A stretch of DNA of 63,579 bases, counting the filler, from Octopus bimaculoides (taxonomy: Eukaryota), in NCBI RefSeq assembly GCF_001194135.2. It is 5 parts of 5 records of this genome, joined end to end, with 100 filler letters (N's around TTAATTAATTAA, not from the genome) between each part and the next. Parts side by side here need not be neighbours in the genome. Positions count along the whole stretch, not along the records: positions 28,417 to 52,491 come from NC_068983.1; 4 more parts are not named here. One strand, 5' to 3'. Positions 38,874 through 52,304 of the stretch are shown here, one piece after another. Under the pieces are notes generated by a model. The model was not told where the DNA came from, did not search any database, and saw only the letters and a list, made by a program, of their open reading frames with translations. Numbering within the stretch: the first letter of the stretch is position 1; each line of letters opens with the position of its first letter. The translations under genes and the position numbers were made by a program.

Positions 38874-38975
38874 CTGGAAACGACTGGATACATGTTTTGC
38901 TGCATTATCAATAGCTTCAGCTTCTAACCTTCCAAGATCCAGCGGCGCTGGTGGTGTTGAGTTACTTTCTCTCAT
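38874..38975 (-). CDS. EXOC3: Exocyst complex component 3 (Sec6), first coding exon (MRESNSTPPAPLDLGRLEAEAIDNAAKHVSSRFQ)
   Basis: ATG at 38975 preceded by in-frame TAA; acceptor ttttttgcag gives exon start 38995 (20-nt 5' UTR); donor CAG|GTAATT; splices in frame to RPDQLEKV, recognised as the EXOC3 N-terminal QRPDQLDKVEQY motif. Confidence 0.88.
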
Positions 38976-40968
38976 TTAGGAAATTTCAAAATTTACTGCA
39001 AAAAATGAATAAACAACAAAATATTAATAAAACTTAATTACCAATTTTAAATAGAAGACAATCTTATCTTATTGCTGACGTTTGTTCAAGACTTTGTAGA
39101 CATTTAAATTTTATATGCATATTTGATTATAAAAAATTTCTCAGGATGGTCATAACTGGAATACCTTTCATCACTGATCTACTTGATCATTGCCAACCTG
39201 GGACTAAATTGCATACCTTATAAGCAAACATTCAGTTAGCAACCATGTTGTTCTTACCAATAGCTTCTACCATGAGTAAGACTAAAGATTCAATAATCTC
39301 TGGTAGTGTTCATTCAACTGAGATTAATGCATGGGAACATAGAAGTACTTCAGGTGGTGAACAAGCATACTATAAAACCACTTTGGGAGTGGTGAATCCT
39401 TAATTCTTGTCAAAACATTTACCTCAGAGAGAAATAGATAGGGCTCCTTAGCTGCCTTATGGTAAATCCAGAAAAACAAAAACTAAGAGAGAATGTCCTA
39501 AGAGAAAAATAAGCCATAGTGTTCAGCTTTAAGGTAGATTCTGAGAGACTGCATTTCCAGCACATTTTTGCAGTATGGAGGTACCAGTCATCTTGGGTCA
39601 CCCTTGCCTCTGGATTTATCTGTTTCATAGTGAATTTAGTGACACAGAGAAACTACAGTAGAGATGGTATTTCATGACAAATGCAAGTGATACCTGACTG
39701 CTTGCAATAACAGTGACCACCTTTGATACCCAAGGTCCATATTCCACATTGTAAGAGGAGATAACTGTGTATTGAAACTTTACAGTGGCATTTGGTGTGC
39801 ATATTTCTCAGGCACATGGTAGGTCTAGTCAAAGTAGTAGCAGGTGAGGTTTTCCATGCTCTATAAGAAGTACAGTTATCAATGGATACATAATTGAAGA
39901 TGGATTTGGATGTACAGTAATTAAAAGATCTAGACTTAAAGAATAAGATGGTCATCCACAAACATGATAGATAACCATAAACTACACAAAATAATCACTT
40001 TCCCTGTAATACATTGTAATTTAGTCTCAAGTCTTCTCTGATTTGGAAGATTTGTGATTAGAAACATTTCAGTCATGTGTATCCCATTTTTTTTTAATAT
40101 CAATATCAAGGATTATATTTTCCAGTATATCACACCTTGTTTAAGTTGGCAAGGTGTTATTTGAGGAAGATTTCTTTGTTATTTCTAGTAGAGCAATCAC
40201 AGGATGGCCAACTTCTGTACTGATAATTGTTTTAGGTATTGTCAAAAACTAGTCTTAACAATAAATAAGATATGTATAAACTAAATACAAATGAGTGAAT
40301 TGCTGAAAGCTCACTTGGTATGGACATATATACTGTTGTGAATCCATCTCCCAAACAATTCTTTAGAGTACAGTTGAAGAAGAGCAAAGAAAATCCTGGT
40401 TTGACATCATGAAAACCTGAACAAATCTCAATACTGCAGTCCTTGTGTATGTAACAGAGGAGAGAGATCAGGAGCAACTGTTGACTAATGGCATAGGAAA
40501 ATGATGATGATAGATTAAAAGATGAATCACAACAACAGAGTGCTGTTGTTATTTGGCTCCAGATCAACCCCAATCAAATTTCCAACAATGACCATCTTGA
40601 GTCAAACAGAGGAACAACCACAACAAAGTAAAGAGTTTTCTTTGTTTACAATATCTGATATATCCTGCCCTTATTTAGGATATCATTGTGCGATTTGATT
40701 GCTATTTCCTGTAGGTCAAGTAATCACACAGAGATTCCCCATTGGCTCGAAAAGTGTTTACATGCATGAAAAGTACCATGCAAGTAAAAGGAACTAATGA
40801 CTTAGTCTCTATTCTGGTTATAGTAATTTATTTCATTTAGGCAACTTATGTCTTTGAAGAAAGAATGGATAGCATAAATCTAAATCTAGCAATTGGCTAT
40901 TTAGGGCACCAGGGCATGGTTCATGCATGCGCTTGAGAGTGTGCATGTGTGTTTGTGTGTATATATAC

Positions 40969-41026
<58 letters not shown>

Positions 41027-41029
<3 letters not shown>

Positions 41030-42573
41030 AAGGTACAAGTAGGGGTTCACCAAGGATCAGTCTTCAACCCTGTCCTGTTCATCACAGTCCTCCAGGCAAT
41101 AACAGGAATTTAAGACAGGTTGCCCCCGGGAGCTCCTCTATACTGATGACCTTGTTCTTATTACTGAATCACAACCAGAACTAGAGAAGGAATTTCAGAT
41201 GCAGAAGCAAGGTCTAGAATTGAAAGGCCTTAGAATTAATCTAGCAAAAACCAAAGCCTTAGTAATTAGGAAAGCAGACAAACCACAAATGCCTTCAGGT
41301 AGATGGCCCTACTCAATCTTCAGGAAAGGTGTAGGTAGAAATTCCATAAGATGTACCTGGTATAAGCTATGGACACATAAGAGGTGAAGCAATATCAGAA
41401 CAAGGTTAACTGGGAAAATAGTTTTTGTGTGTGGAAGGTGCACAGGTACAATTAACACAAAAAAAGTACAGAAAATAGACTCCATCAAATGCCAGTGGGG
41501 CAAGTTAGAAGTAGTTGACAGCTTCTGTTATCTAGTTGACCAAGTCAGTAGCTCCGAAAGCATGGCTGTGAGAATAAGAATAGGCTGGACAAAGTTCAGC
41601 GAGCTCCTACCTCTAACTAAAAGGCAGACTGTATGATGGCTGTGTGCGAACTGTGTTATGCTACACAGCAGTGAAACATGGGCTGTAACCATCGAAGACA
41701 TGTGGAGGCTTGAAAGAAATGAAGCTAGCATGCTTCATTGGATGTGCAATGTCAGTGTACATGTACGACAGAGTATACGTGTCTTGAGAGAAAAGTTGGG
41801 TATAAGAGGCATTAGATGTGGTATGCAAGAGAGACAACCTCGCTGGTATGGTTATGTGATGTGTATGGACGAGGACAGCTGTATAAAGAAGTGCCGATCT
41901 CTAACTGTGGAGGGAACCTGTGGACGAGGTAAACCCAGAAAGACATGAGACAAGGTGGTGAAATATTATCTTTGAACATTGGGCCTTATGGAGGCAATGA
42001 CTAGTAACTGAGACCTTTGGCAATATGCCGTGCTTGAGAAGACCCATCAAGCCAAGTGAAATTGTAGTCATGGCTGATACCATTGTCATGTAACTGGCAC
42101 CCATGTTGGTGGCATATAAAAGCACCTCTTGAGCACTAGGCCTCACAGAGGCAATGTCGCCAATACCAGTGTTGTATAACAAACACCTTTCAAGCATTGG
42201 GCCTCACAGAGGCAATGTAGCCAATACAGGTGTTGTGTAACTAGCACTTGTGCTGGGGCACATAAAATGCATCTTTCCAGCATTGGGCCTCATGGAACAA
42301 ATGACAAATGACCAAGACCTTTGGCAATATACTATACTTGAGGAGAAGACCCATCAAGCCAACTTGTGACAGATACTAGTGTTATGCAATTGGCACCCGT
42401 GCTGGTGGTACGTAAAAGCACCCATTACACTCTGAGTGGTTGGCGTTAGGAAGGGCATCCAGCCATAGAAACCATGTCAAATCAGACTGGAGTCTGTGCA
42501 GTCCCTCAGCTTGCCAGCTCTGGTCAAACAGTCCAACCCATGCCAGCATGGACAACGGACATTAAATGATGAT
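41027..42573 (+). mobile_element. RTE-clade LINE, 5'-truncated decayed copy with (GAT)n tail
   Basis: HQGSV..P.LF, LLYTDDLVLI, GLRINLAKTK, LEVVDSFCYL, MLHSSETW, RWYGYV, GRGKPRKT; 3' UTR ends ccaacccatgccagcatgg..aaatgatgat. Confidence 0.92.
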
Positions 42574-42645
<72 letters not shown>

Positions 42646-42815
42646 TATTACCTTGAATATGCTAGGCCCAATGCTGGAAAGATGCATTTTATGTGCCCCA
42701 GCACAAGTGCTAGTTACACAACACCTGTATTGGCTACATTGCCTCTGTGAGGCCCAATGCTTGAAAGGTGTTTGTTATACAACACTGGTATTGGCGACAT
42801 TGCCTCTGTGAGGCC
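42139..42815. repeat. Perfect 152-bp inverted repeat (42139-42290 / 42664-42815), 373-bp spacer
   Basis: Base-by-base reverse complement identity. Confidence 0.95.
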
Positions 42816-42829
42816 CAATGCTTGAAAGA

Positions 42830-43030
42830 TTGTACAATAGTACAACCTTAAAAAAGCTAGCATTCTACAAGGCTCAGGTAAGACCAACAATAAAATACTG
42901 CTCTCACAGGTCGGACGGTGCTGCTACTACAGCTAAACTCAGATACCCTAGACTGCATCCAGAGAAAGGTTACTCACTGAAACGCCCACCCTCCTACCCA
43001 CAGTTGTGTTGTTTCTATAACCTGCCTCTT
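42830..43030 (+). mobile_element. CR1/jockey-like LINE RT C-terminal fragment
   Basis: FYKAQVRPTIKYCSH resembles the LYKAQVRPxLEYCSHIW motif. Confidence 0.65.
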
Positions 43031-44009
43031 TTTTTTTTTTTTTTTTTTTTNNNNNNNNNNNNNNNNNNNNNNNNNNNNNNNNNNNNNNNNNNNNNNNNNN
43101 NNNNNNNNNNNNNNNNNNNNNNNNNNNNNNNNNNNNNNNNNNNNNNNNNNNNNNNNNNNNNNNNNNNNNNNNNNNNNNNNNNNNNNNNNNNNNNNNNNNN
43201 NNNNNNNNNNNNNNNNNNNNNNNNNNNNNNNNNNNNNNNNNNNNNNNNNNNNNNNNNNNNNNNNNNNNNNNNNNNNNNNNNNNNNNNNNNNNNNNNNNNN
43301 NNNNNNNNNNNNNNNNNNNNNNNNNNNNNNNNNNNNNNNNNNNNNNNNNNNNNNNNNNNNNNNNNNNNNNNNNNNNNNNNNNNNNNNNNNNNNNNNNNNN
43401 NNNNNNNNNNNNNNNNNNNNNNNNNNNNNNNNNNNNNNNNNNNNNNNNNNNNNNNNNNNNNNNNNNNNNNNNNNNNNNNNNNNNNNNNNNNNNNNNNNNN
43501 NNNNNNNNNNNNNNNNNNNNNNNNNNNNNNNNNNNNNNNNNNNNNNNNNNNNNNNNNNNNNNNNNNNNNNNNNNNNNNNNNNNNNNNNNNNNNNNNNNNN
43601 NNNNNNNNNNNNNNNNNNNNNNNNNNNNNNNNNNNNNNNNNNNNNNNNNNNNNNNNNNNNNNNNNNNNNNNNNNNNNNNNNNNNNNNNNNNNNNNNNNNN
43701 NNNNNNNNNNNNNNNNNNNNNNNNNNNNNNNNNNNNNNNNNNNNNNNNNNNNNNNNNNNNNNNNNNNNNNNNNNNNNNNNNNNNNNNNNNNNNNNNNNNN
43801 NNNNNNNNNNNNNNNNNNNNNNNNNNNNNNNNNNNNNNNNNNNNNNNNNNNNNNNNNNNNNNNNNNNNNNNNNNNNNNNNNNNNNNNNNNNNNNNNNNNN
43901 NNNNNNNNNNNNNNNNNNNNNNNNNNNNNNNNNNNNNNNNNNNNNNNNNNNNNNNNNNNNNNNNNNNNNNNNNNNNNNNNNNNNNNNNNNNNNNNNNNNN
44001 NNNNNNNNN

Positions 44010-47000
44010 NAATTAAACGATTTCCTGTCTCAAGGGAAGTAATTCTCATCTTCAAATATTTTTCAACTCACAAACTAAAGATTTTCATTTTTAACTCAGG
44101 GAAACGTTACTTCACCTCGATCTACTTGGTGTATAGATAGGTATTGTTTTGTAATCAGCAACGCGTGTGAAGATATAAGTTTTAAGTTCCTCTTTTATTT
44201 CTTATTTCCTGAAGAATGTACTGTCATATCTTCCCCCGCTATCTAAACAGAAAAGGACACATAGCACAGTGTAGTAGTTCTGGATATACAAAAAAAGAAA
44301 GATGGGACGGTCATTGCTAGAATGCCTTTGGTTATATGTTTGCTCTACCAGAAGTGACCTCCGTCTAAACAACATCTTGGTGTATAAAATTGCTAAATAC
44401 GTAATACGTAAAGTAGTAGATGTTTTTATTTAGTCTCATGTCAGCTTTGATTGTTTCTGTCAATGCGTCTGTCTGTATATCAAGGACGACAATATGGAAT
44501 TTTTTAAAAGATGCAATGGTGTGATTTGAGGAAAATTTGGTTGCTATTTCTAGCAGGTCGAGTTACCGTGAAGCTCAATCATTGGCTCACTTTTCACTGA
44601 GTGTGCCTTTATGGCTGCTCCAAAGTTCCTCTAATCAGCTCCTGTTTATGGTACCCCTACTTTAAGAGCAAACATAGATTTGGTGTGTTTAATGTATGTC
44701 TTAATGTACAGGAACTTTGGCAAAACGTTTGTTGCAAGATAGTGACTGATTGTTCCTCATCTTATTTGTCAACTTAAGATATATCTTCTGTCCAAGATTA
44801 CGATTTATAACTTGTAGTAGAAGCCACCAACCTCATTCCCATCTAGGAGATACCTGTAGTTGGACGATTTAACAGCTTCCCAGTTGTGCCCTCTGTTTAT
44901 TGACCACTACATGCTTAGTGGACCTATAGCTCATCTAAAGAAAACTTTTATTTGTTAAACGTTCTTTCTCTAGAGAACTATAAGTGAATGAGATTTAAGG
45001 GTCATCAAGACTAGCAAGAGTTGTTCGGGTCTTGAGGTTACAACATCAAGTTCCCCAAACATTTTTCATTTATTTTGGCAAGTGCCTTCTACTTTTGTCC
45101 CGGGTGTCTCTAAGATTCTTGAATCATGCTTACTCGTAATTAGATTTAGGAACGAATATGGATGTTGTGGGTTTAAACTTCTTTCAGAATTCCCCTCATA
45201 CAAATTTGTATCTGTATATCTCATTGGCCACTGGCAGTTGCAGACCCTAAGAACACTGTTATACATGTTTAAGGAGCATGTTATATTATTCTGAATCTAG
45301 ATTTCTCACATCAAGCATTTTCTTGTGTTTTTATTTCAATTCATAAACAGTTTGTGTTTTGTAGTATAATGTTGTAAAATTTTATGAACAAGTGTTCGGG
45401 TCCTGATGTTACAGCATCTAAGTTTTCCAAACGTCCTTCTTTTATAGGTGCAGACATGGTTTGTAGTTAAGAAGTTCACTTTTGCAACTGTGTTCATTGG
45501 GGGTTAGGGTGCGGCATCTACTTTAGCCCGGGCTAAATTGGGTGGAAGCTTCTCACATGTGTGACAACTTGACAAACTGAGCGGTTGCAAAACAAGATTA
45601 ACTGGGTATTTACCAAACTTCAAAAAAAGTATTCGCAGCAATTTGAGCGACAAAACTGTTCAAGACGGTGCCCCAGCATGACCGCACTCCAAAAACTGAG
45701 ACAGGTCAATAAATTATACTAAAACAATATTGCGGAACTATGAGCGATAACCACAAACGACAAACATAAATAATATTCAGGAACAGCGGGCGATATTGGG
45801 AGCATTGGTATATGTTATATCTATAAGTTCTTATTACGCGAAGAAATTACATTCGATTTTCACAATACGCTGTTATACGCTGTTATGTACAAGGAGCAAG
45901 AATTGAGCAAAGTTATCTCCCTTCGTTTTGAAGTTCTAAACTTTTCACGTCTGCAGACTGATATTTACATTTTTTCTTCCTTTGAGAAATTTTCAAAAGT
46001 TCATTCGGATGTAAATTATTACTTCTAGTCCTAGTTTGAATGATCCCTTTCAGCATATCTAAATCCAATCGTTTGACCTCAGTTTGCTGTATCTCTATTC
46101 CCGGCAAGTTGATTTCTTTTTATCTCGGCAACATCCCATTTACTCTTATCTTCTGTTTTTTGTTTCAGTCATTGGGTTTCTCCACCCCGAGCGGATAAAT
46201 CTTTCGCCTTATACTAAATATTTCCGTGGGGAGGAACATTTTACTATGAAAGGTTTAGTTGAACAAATCAACCCCAGGACTTATATTTTAAAGTTTGGCA
46301 CTTATTCTATAGGTCCTTTTTCACCAAGCCACTAAATTACATCATTATCATCGTATAATATCTGCTTTCCATGCTGGCATGGGTTGGACGGTTTGACGTT
46401 GGAGCAGTCCAGACTCCAATTGTTTATTGTGACATGGTTTCCAAGGGTGGATGCCCTTCCTAGCGCCAACCACTTAACAGAGTTTACTAGGTGCTTTTTA
46501 TGTGGCACCGGCACCTGAAAGGGCATGCCAGTATGTGTGGAAGACAGAAATTTTACTCAGCTTGACACGTCTTATCAAGAAGTACAGTAAATCGTCACAT
46601 CTGGTCCCTTGTCATTTCCTCAGTGAAGCCCAGCATTTGAAGACCCTTTCTAACCACTTCATCCCATGACTTCCTGAGTCTACCCCTTCCACAGTTAGGT
46701 CAGCCGTTCTCACCCATACACATCACACAACCAAACCAGTAGTCTTCTTTCTTGCACACATATGAAGCCACTTATACCCCGTTTTCCTCTTACACCATTT
46801 GCAGTCATACCTCACTGCCATATAATATAGCTGTACGTACACAAGCATCAGTGGAGGCGCAATGGCCCAGTGGACTCGCGGTTTCGATTCCCAGACCGGG
46901 CGTTGTGAGTATTTATTGAGCGAAAACACCTAAAGATCCACGAGGCTCCGGCAGGGGAGGGTGGCAAACCCTGCTGTACTCTCACTCTTACTTCTTGTTT

Positions 47001-47200
47001 CTGTTGTGCCTCTAATTCAAAGGATCAGCCTTGTCACACTGAATATCCCCGAGAACTACGTTAAGGGTACACGTGTCTGTGGAGTGCTCAGCCACTTGCA
47101 CGTTAATTTCATGAGCAGGCTGTTCCGTTGATCGGATCAACTGGAACCCTCGACGCCGTAAGCGACGGAGTGCCAACACAAGCATCATACAGTTTGCCTT
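44010..47200 (-). promoter_or_regulatory. Likely promoter / non-coding first exon region of EXOC3 (exact TSS unresolved)
   Basis: EXOC3 first coding exon has a splice acceptor, so a 5' UTR exon must lie between it and the MSH2 3' end; this stretch is visibly CpG-richer than the CpG-poor flanks (by eye only). Confidence 0.35.
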
Positions 47201-47900
47201 TCACTCTGAGAGAGAGGTCCTTAGTTACCAACAAAAGTAGGAGCTCTCTGAACTTCGTCCAGATGTTCTTATTCTAACAACTACACTTTCAGAACTTCCT
47301 CTTCCATTGCTAACTTGGTCTCCTAGGTAACAAAAGCTATCTACTACTTCTAATGAACCCCGCCCCGAGCATTTGAGGGAGTCTATTGTCTTTCTTTTAC
47401 TTGTTTCAGTCGTTTGACTGCAGCCATGCTGGAGCACCGCCTTTAGTCAAAGACATCAAACTCAGGACTTTGTAACCCTAGTACTTATTATCGGTCTCTT
47501 TTGCCAAACTGCTATGATACAGGGACATAAACACACCAACATCGATTGTCAGGCGATGGGGAGGGGGGACAAACGCACAAATATATATATATATATATAC
47601 GAGTTTCTTTCAGTTTCCGCCTACCAAATCCACTCACAAGGCTTTGGTTGGCTCCAGGCTATGGTAGAAGACAGTTACCCAAGATTCCATGCAGTGGGAT
47701 TGAACCCAGAACCATGTAGTTGGGAAGCAAGTTTCTTACCACACAGCCACGCCTACACCTATGTCTCTAAGATTCTAGAAGCATGCATACTTGTAAAAAT
47801 GTATGCATTTTTAGTGCTTATTGTTCCTGCACATTTGCCACAAAGATTATATTCTTGGTTAACCTTCCTGTGACTACTACACCTCTATATAGTGGAAGGT
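46340..47900 (-). mobile_element. RTE-clade LINE fragment interrupted by two SINE insertions
   Basis: Minus-strand SLEVVDSFCYLGDQVS, GRGRLRKSWDEVV and the same 3' UTR as 41027-42573; interrupted at 46851-47175 and about 47385-47760. Confidence 0.82.
46851..47175 (+). mobile_element. tRNA-derived SINE (family C)
   Basis: TGGCCCAGTGG / GTTTCGATTCC pol III boxes; perfect 12-bp TSD acacaagcatca at 46839-46850 and 47176-47187. Confidence 0.9.
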
Positions 47901-50479
47901 TAACAAAGAATAAATTACATGGATGGAAACAAGGCTTCTTTCAGTTTCCATCTACCACATCTGCTCACAAGGCTTTGGTTAGTCTGGGGCTATAGCAGCA
48001 GACACTTGCCTAAGATACCATGCAGTGAGACAACCCAAAATCATATTGGGAAGCAAGCTTATCATACAGCCATGTAAGAAAAATAACAAAAAAAAAAAAG
48101 TATCAGGAACATATGAATTACACTGCTGATGTTCCGAGTATGTTTATGAACACACTAGTTCACTCAACAACTCAAACCTAGTTTTTATGTATGTTGCAAT
48201 TGAAAATTACTTTTCATTGAGTAAATTGCTGACTCATTTCAACTTGCATTCTATATGAACATTTGGAAGTACATGTATTATCATATTGAAACAGTGTACC
48301 ACTGAAACTGGTACAGATCTACCTTTTGGTGGTATGTAGGAAATAAAAAACAAAGTAATATTCCATTATGCATACAAATAATAAAAAAAAAAAAACTTTT
48401 TTCATAAAATACAAATTTATTCCTCAGATTATTGTGGCTTTCCTTTATATTTATTTATGCCAAGAAATAGATGACTATACAAATTTTCAACACTCATTTT
48501 TCAAATGAACTAGCCAAATTTGCTTCAACATAAATATTTTTGACTTCAAAGACTGAAATTATAAGTGGCAAAAGAAAACATAAAGACAGGCAAATGTGTT
48601 GATATGTACAAGTAATGAGAATAAACAAGATCAGTTAGGTATGTGTTCTGAATATTGATGGCACTTATGGCAGGTGCAGACCAAAGTCAAGTCATGTATG
48701 AAAATATTGAGTATTACTGATAAAAGGCACAAAACCGAGAACTGACAGGCCTGATATGAAGTAGAAATGCTAACTAAAACCAAACAAGAAACTAAGCCCA
48801 CAAGATAACTGCAAAAACAGGAAATTATGTGGTGTATTACTGATAAGATAAAAAAACTTGCTAGTGAACCACTATACAAAGCTAGACTTAACTGAGGAGA
48901 ATATGCCAGTGCAGGAACTTATAAATCAAATAAATTTGCAACATTAATCCTCATTGAAATAAGAAACTATTACATGTATTTTCAAAGTTATATGGTGTAA
49001 ACATCTAAATTACTAATATAGAACTGAAATGATATCTCTAATAAAGCACATATCATAGGATCACTAGCTATGTTGCATATCTCTCCATAACTGCACTAAC
49101 AGAAACATGATAGTATCTTAGCAAGATTATTGAAGACTCCATTTACAGCAAAACTATAACATTGAATGAGTGTATTTTTCAAATAAATGCCGAGAAAGAT
49201 ACAGTAAGAACAGACATGAAGCAATCATTTGCTAGATAAAGCAATCACATTTCCCTGAAATCATACTTTACCATCAGAAAAGCATGCTAGATAAATGCAA
49301 TTTTAGATGTATAATGTCTTTTTTTTCGCTTTAAAAAAAAAAACATGATGGTCAAAGCAGAGATGCCTTTGATCATAATAGGGCAACTCAATCAAGCCTG
49401 GAGAACATGATTTCGACAAAGTAGCTAGAAATAAGTTTTAAACTTTATCCTAATGAATAGTATTTTGTCTCATAAAATAAATAGTACTGACCAATATGGT
49501 GGATGGAAAAAATCCTAGAAACCCAATTACATGAAATATAGAAAATTGTTCCCCACCAGCCCTGTCTTCAATTTCCATAGACAATTGTCTAAAAATACTG
49601 TGTATTATTGTTCTGCTATATCTTCTTCTGTTGATTCTAACTTTTTATTAAACATAGTTCTGAATATAACTGAAAAAATTCTCCTGTTCTGATTTTGGAT
49701 GATGACACTGCAATAATGTATACAGAAAACTGAGGTGAATTATGTTTGCAATTACAATGAAAAAGATGACTGCAAGAATCATGAAAGCATTGGACATCAA
49801 CTTCCATTAGAGCTGACTTTGCCTTTAATCCTGTTGGTAAGAATAAAATGAGTACCAATCAAGTACTCCAGTACTGGTTTCAATATAAATTACTCCCCCA
49901 CCACCACAAACACAAAGTTAGTGGCCTTGTGCCAATGAAAGAATTCAATAATAATGATTTCCAACTTAAGCACAAGGCCATATTTTTTCTTTATATTACT
50001 GATGAATAAAGTTAGTCATTTAAATCAATTGCAGAGGGAAGAAAGGCAAAGTTAACCTCCATGGGATTTAACTTCAAAAATATAAAAGTTAATTTAATGT
50101 CACTAAATATTTTGTCTGATATTTTACCACTTTGGTCAACCTATCTCCTTTATAATAAAATTTATTTAGCAAAAATAGGTACCCCATCCACATATTCCTC
50201 AAAATCCAGGAACTGCTGATATGACAGGTACAATAAAAATAGTTTAAGAAATCAGAGAACAATCAAGTATATGAACATAGCTTGGGAATTTAAACTTCAC
50301 AAACAATTCCTAAAATAATCAAACAGGATTGCAAGAAACAACAGAGCCAAATATGACTTCAAAAGAGACTGACAACTTGACAACTGCCATTGAAAAAGGA
50401 AACTGATGACTTGACAATTGCCCAAAAAAGGAGACTGATGGCTTGATAACTGCCATTCAGGAGAATCAGGGCTTCTTAA

Positions 50480-50960
50480 ATAGATATTACCAGAGGTAGA
50501 TTCTGAAACAATCGGGAATGTAACATATGTGGAGGGTTTGACAAGACCTATCTAACTTCAAAGTAGCCTCCAGTTGCAGAAAAATGGTACAAAAATTGCT
50601 AGAGGCTTTGGTAGAAAATAAAATGCTGGGATTATCTGGAATATACGAGTATATACAACAAAGAGATAAGAGCAAACCAAACAGCCATCATTATTGACAA
50701 CAGATCCAGGTTTTGCACACTAATTGATGTGGTTTACCTAAATGACAAAAACAACTTGGTAAAAGGAAGCTGAAAAACTCTCTAAGTATAAAAACCTTCT
50801 GATAGAAATAGCAAAAATACAAAATATAGCTACATAATATAAGTACTAGCCTTTATGAATATATGGAAACCAGAACTGAAAAATTGTCTGAAACCTTTAT
50901 TGGTGAAGTTCAAAAAATAGTAAACCTAAATAAAGAGGGGAAAAAAAACTCATGAATAAA
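50480..50960 (+). mobile_element. Highly decayed REL-endonuclease LINE 3' fragment
   Basis: Frameshifted IIWN..TTKEIRAN..IIID..LIDV..EKLSKYKNL.IEI, matching the ILWD..IxANRPD..LIDV..KLSKYKDL pattern. Confidence 0.6.
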
Positions 50961-51416
50961 TCTACTTTAAAAGCTGTAGAAAGGCTTTAGTAGAGCAGAG
51001 TATATGTATCTGTAACAGGATAATAACGGTGATGATAACGATAATTTCTGACATAGAAAGAAACAAGGTCACAAATTAGCCTTACTAGTATTCAGGTTGC
51101 TTAGAATAGAAAGATGAAAAGCAAAGCCAAACATGGCAAAATTTGAACACAAAACATAGTGATGCAACAAAATTCTACAGGGAACTTACTTTTGACACTA
51201 TGCAATCTGCCATCCAGTCATTTAGTTAACATTGGTCTAATGTTCAAATCCCATGAATTGATTTCATCTCCAACCCTTGCATGGATAATAAAATGAGTGC
51301 CAATAGTAAATGATTATGTCACTCTACCCAAAATACATCAGTATCAATACTGGCTTTATGACCAAAAAGAGGACTGGAGGGAAAGGTTTCAAAGAATTAA
51401 CATTCTTTTAAGAAAT

Positions 51417-51569
51417 TTAAGAGAGAATGTCTTTTATATACAGGTTATTTTTAGATTCTACTCCAGCTTTTAGGTTGCTTATTTCACTTTTAAGTTGTTC
51501 ATTTGTAAGAGTATCCAAAGGCAAATTCTTCACACTTTTCAGGAAATCTTCAATAATTCGTTCACCTTC
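51417..51569 (-). CDS. MSH2: DNA mismatch repair protein MSH2, last coding exon (EGERIIEDFLKSVKNLPLDTLTNEQLKSEISNLKAGVESKNNLYIKDILS*)
   Basis: ttttacag acceptor, 50 codons plus TAA; recognised as the MSH2 C-terminus (human QGEKIIQEFLSKVKQMP...LKAEVIAKNNSFVNEIIS). Confidence 0.88.
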   Translation of the reverse strand, partial: EGERIIEDFLKSVKNLPLDTLTNEQLKSEISNLKAGVESKNNLYIKDILS

Positions 51570-52304
51570 CTGTAAAACAAATATAAATGAAAAAATAAGA
51601 GGTTGTCAGCTGAATTAAGTACAGGTACAACAGTGATCTTTCTGGAACCCTTCGTTCCAAAACCTTTCCAAGTTACTGATTTTTCTGAACCAGAGGTGGT
51701 CACTTTGGACAACACACTCTAATCAAATATTGGTTTCAAATTTTGGCACAAGGCTAGCAACTTCGGGGAAGGGGGTGATCGATTACATTGACCCCAGTGT
51801 TCAACTGGTACTTATTTTATTGACCAAAAGAAGATGAAAGGCAAAGTCGACCTCAGCGGAATTTGAACTCAGAACATAAAGATGGAGGAAATACCACGAA
51901 GCATTTTGCCCAGTGTGCTAACAATTCTGCCAGCTAGATGCATCAAATTAAACAAATATTAAATGAAATACAGTTGCCTGTACATTAGGGTAGATTCATG
52001 TGGATTATAAGAGAGTCAGGACCAACAGTATCTGAAAATTTGTTGTACCTGTAGTAATTAATAAGGCAATCCTAAAGATACTTGATCAGTCTCCTCAGCT
52101 ACATTATTATACAGGGCTGCACAACACAACTGAGAACCAAACTAGCCCACTGATGAATTATCAGAACCAAACTTTCCATCCTTCCCACAGAATCCATTTT
52201 GATACTGGTTAATGTTTAACCCCAGGTCAACTTTGACTGAACAAACCTATGATGAAAGGTGTTTCAGCAGCAATTATTCCATCTTTTTGTACACCATGAA
52301 CTCA

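Noticed and set aside
45913-46107. 64-aa ORF in the putative EXOC3 promoter zone
   Set aside because: TTG start, upstream in-frame stop, no recognisable homology.
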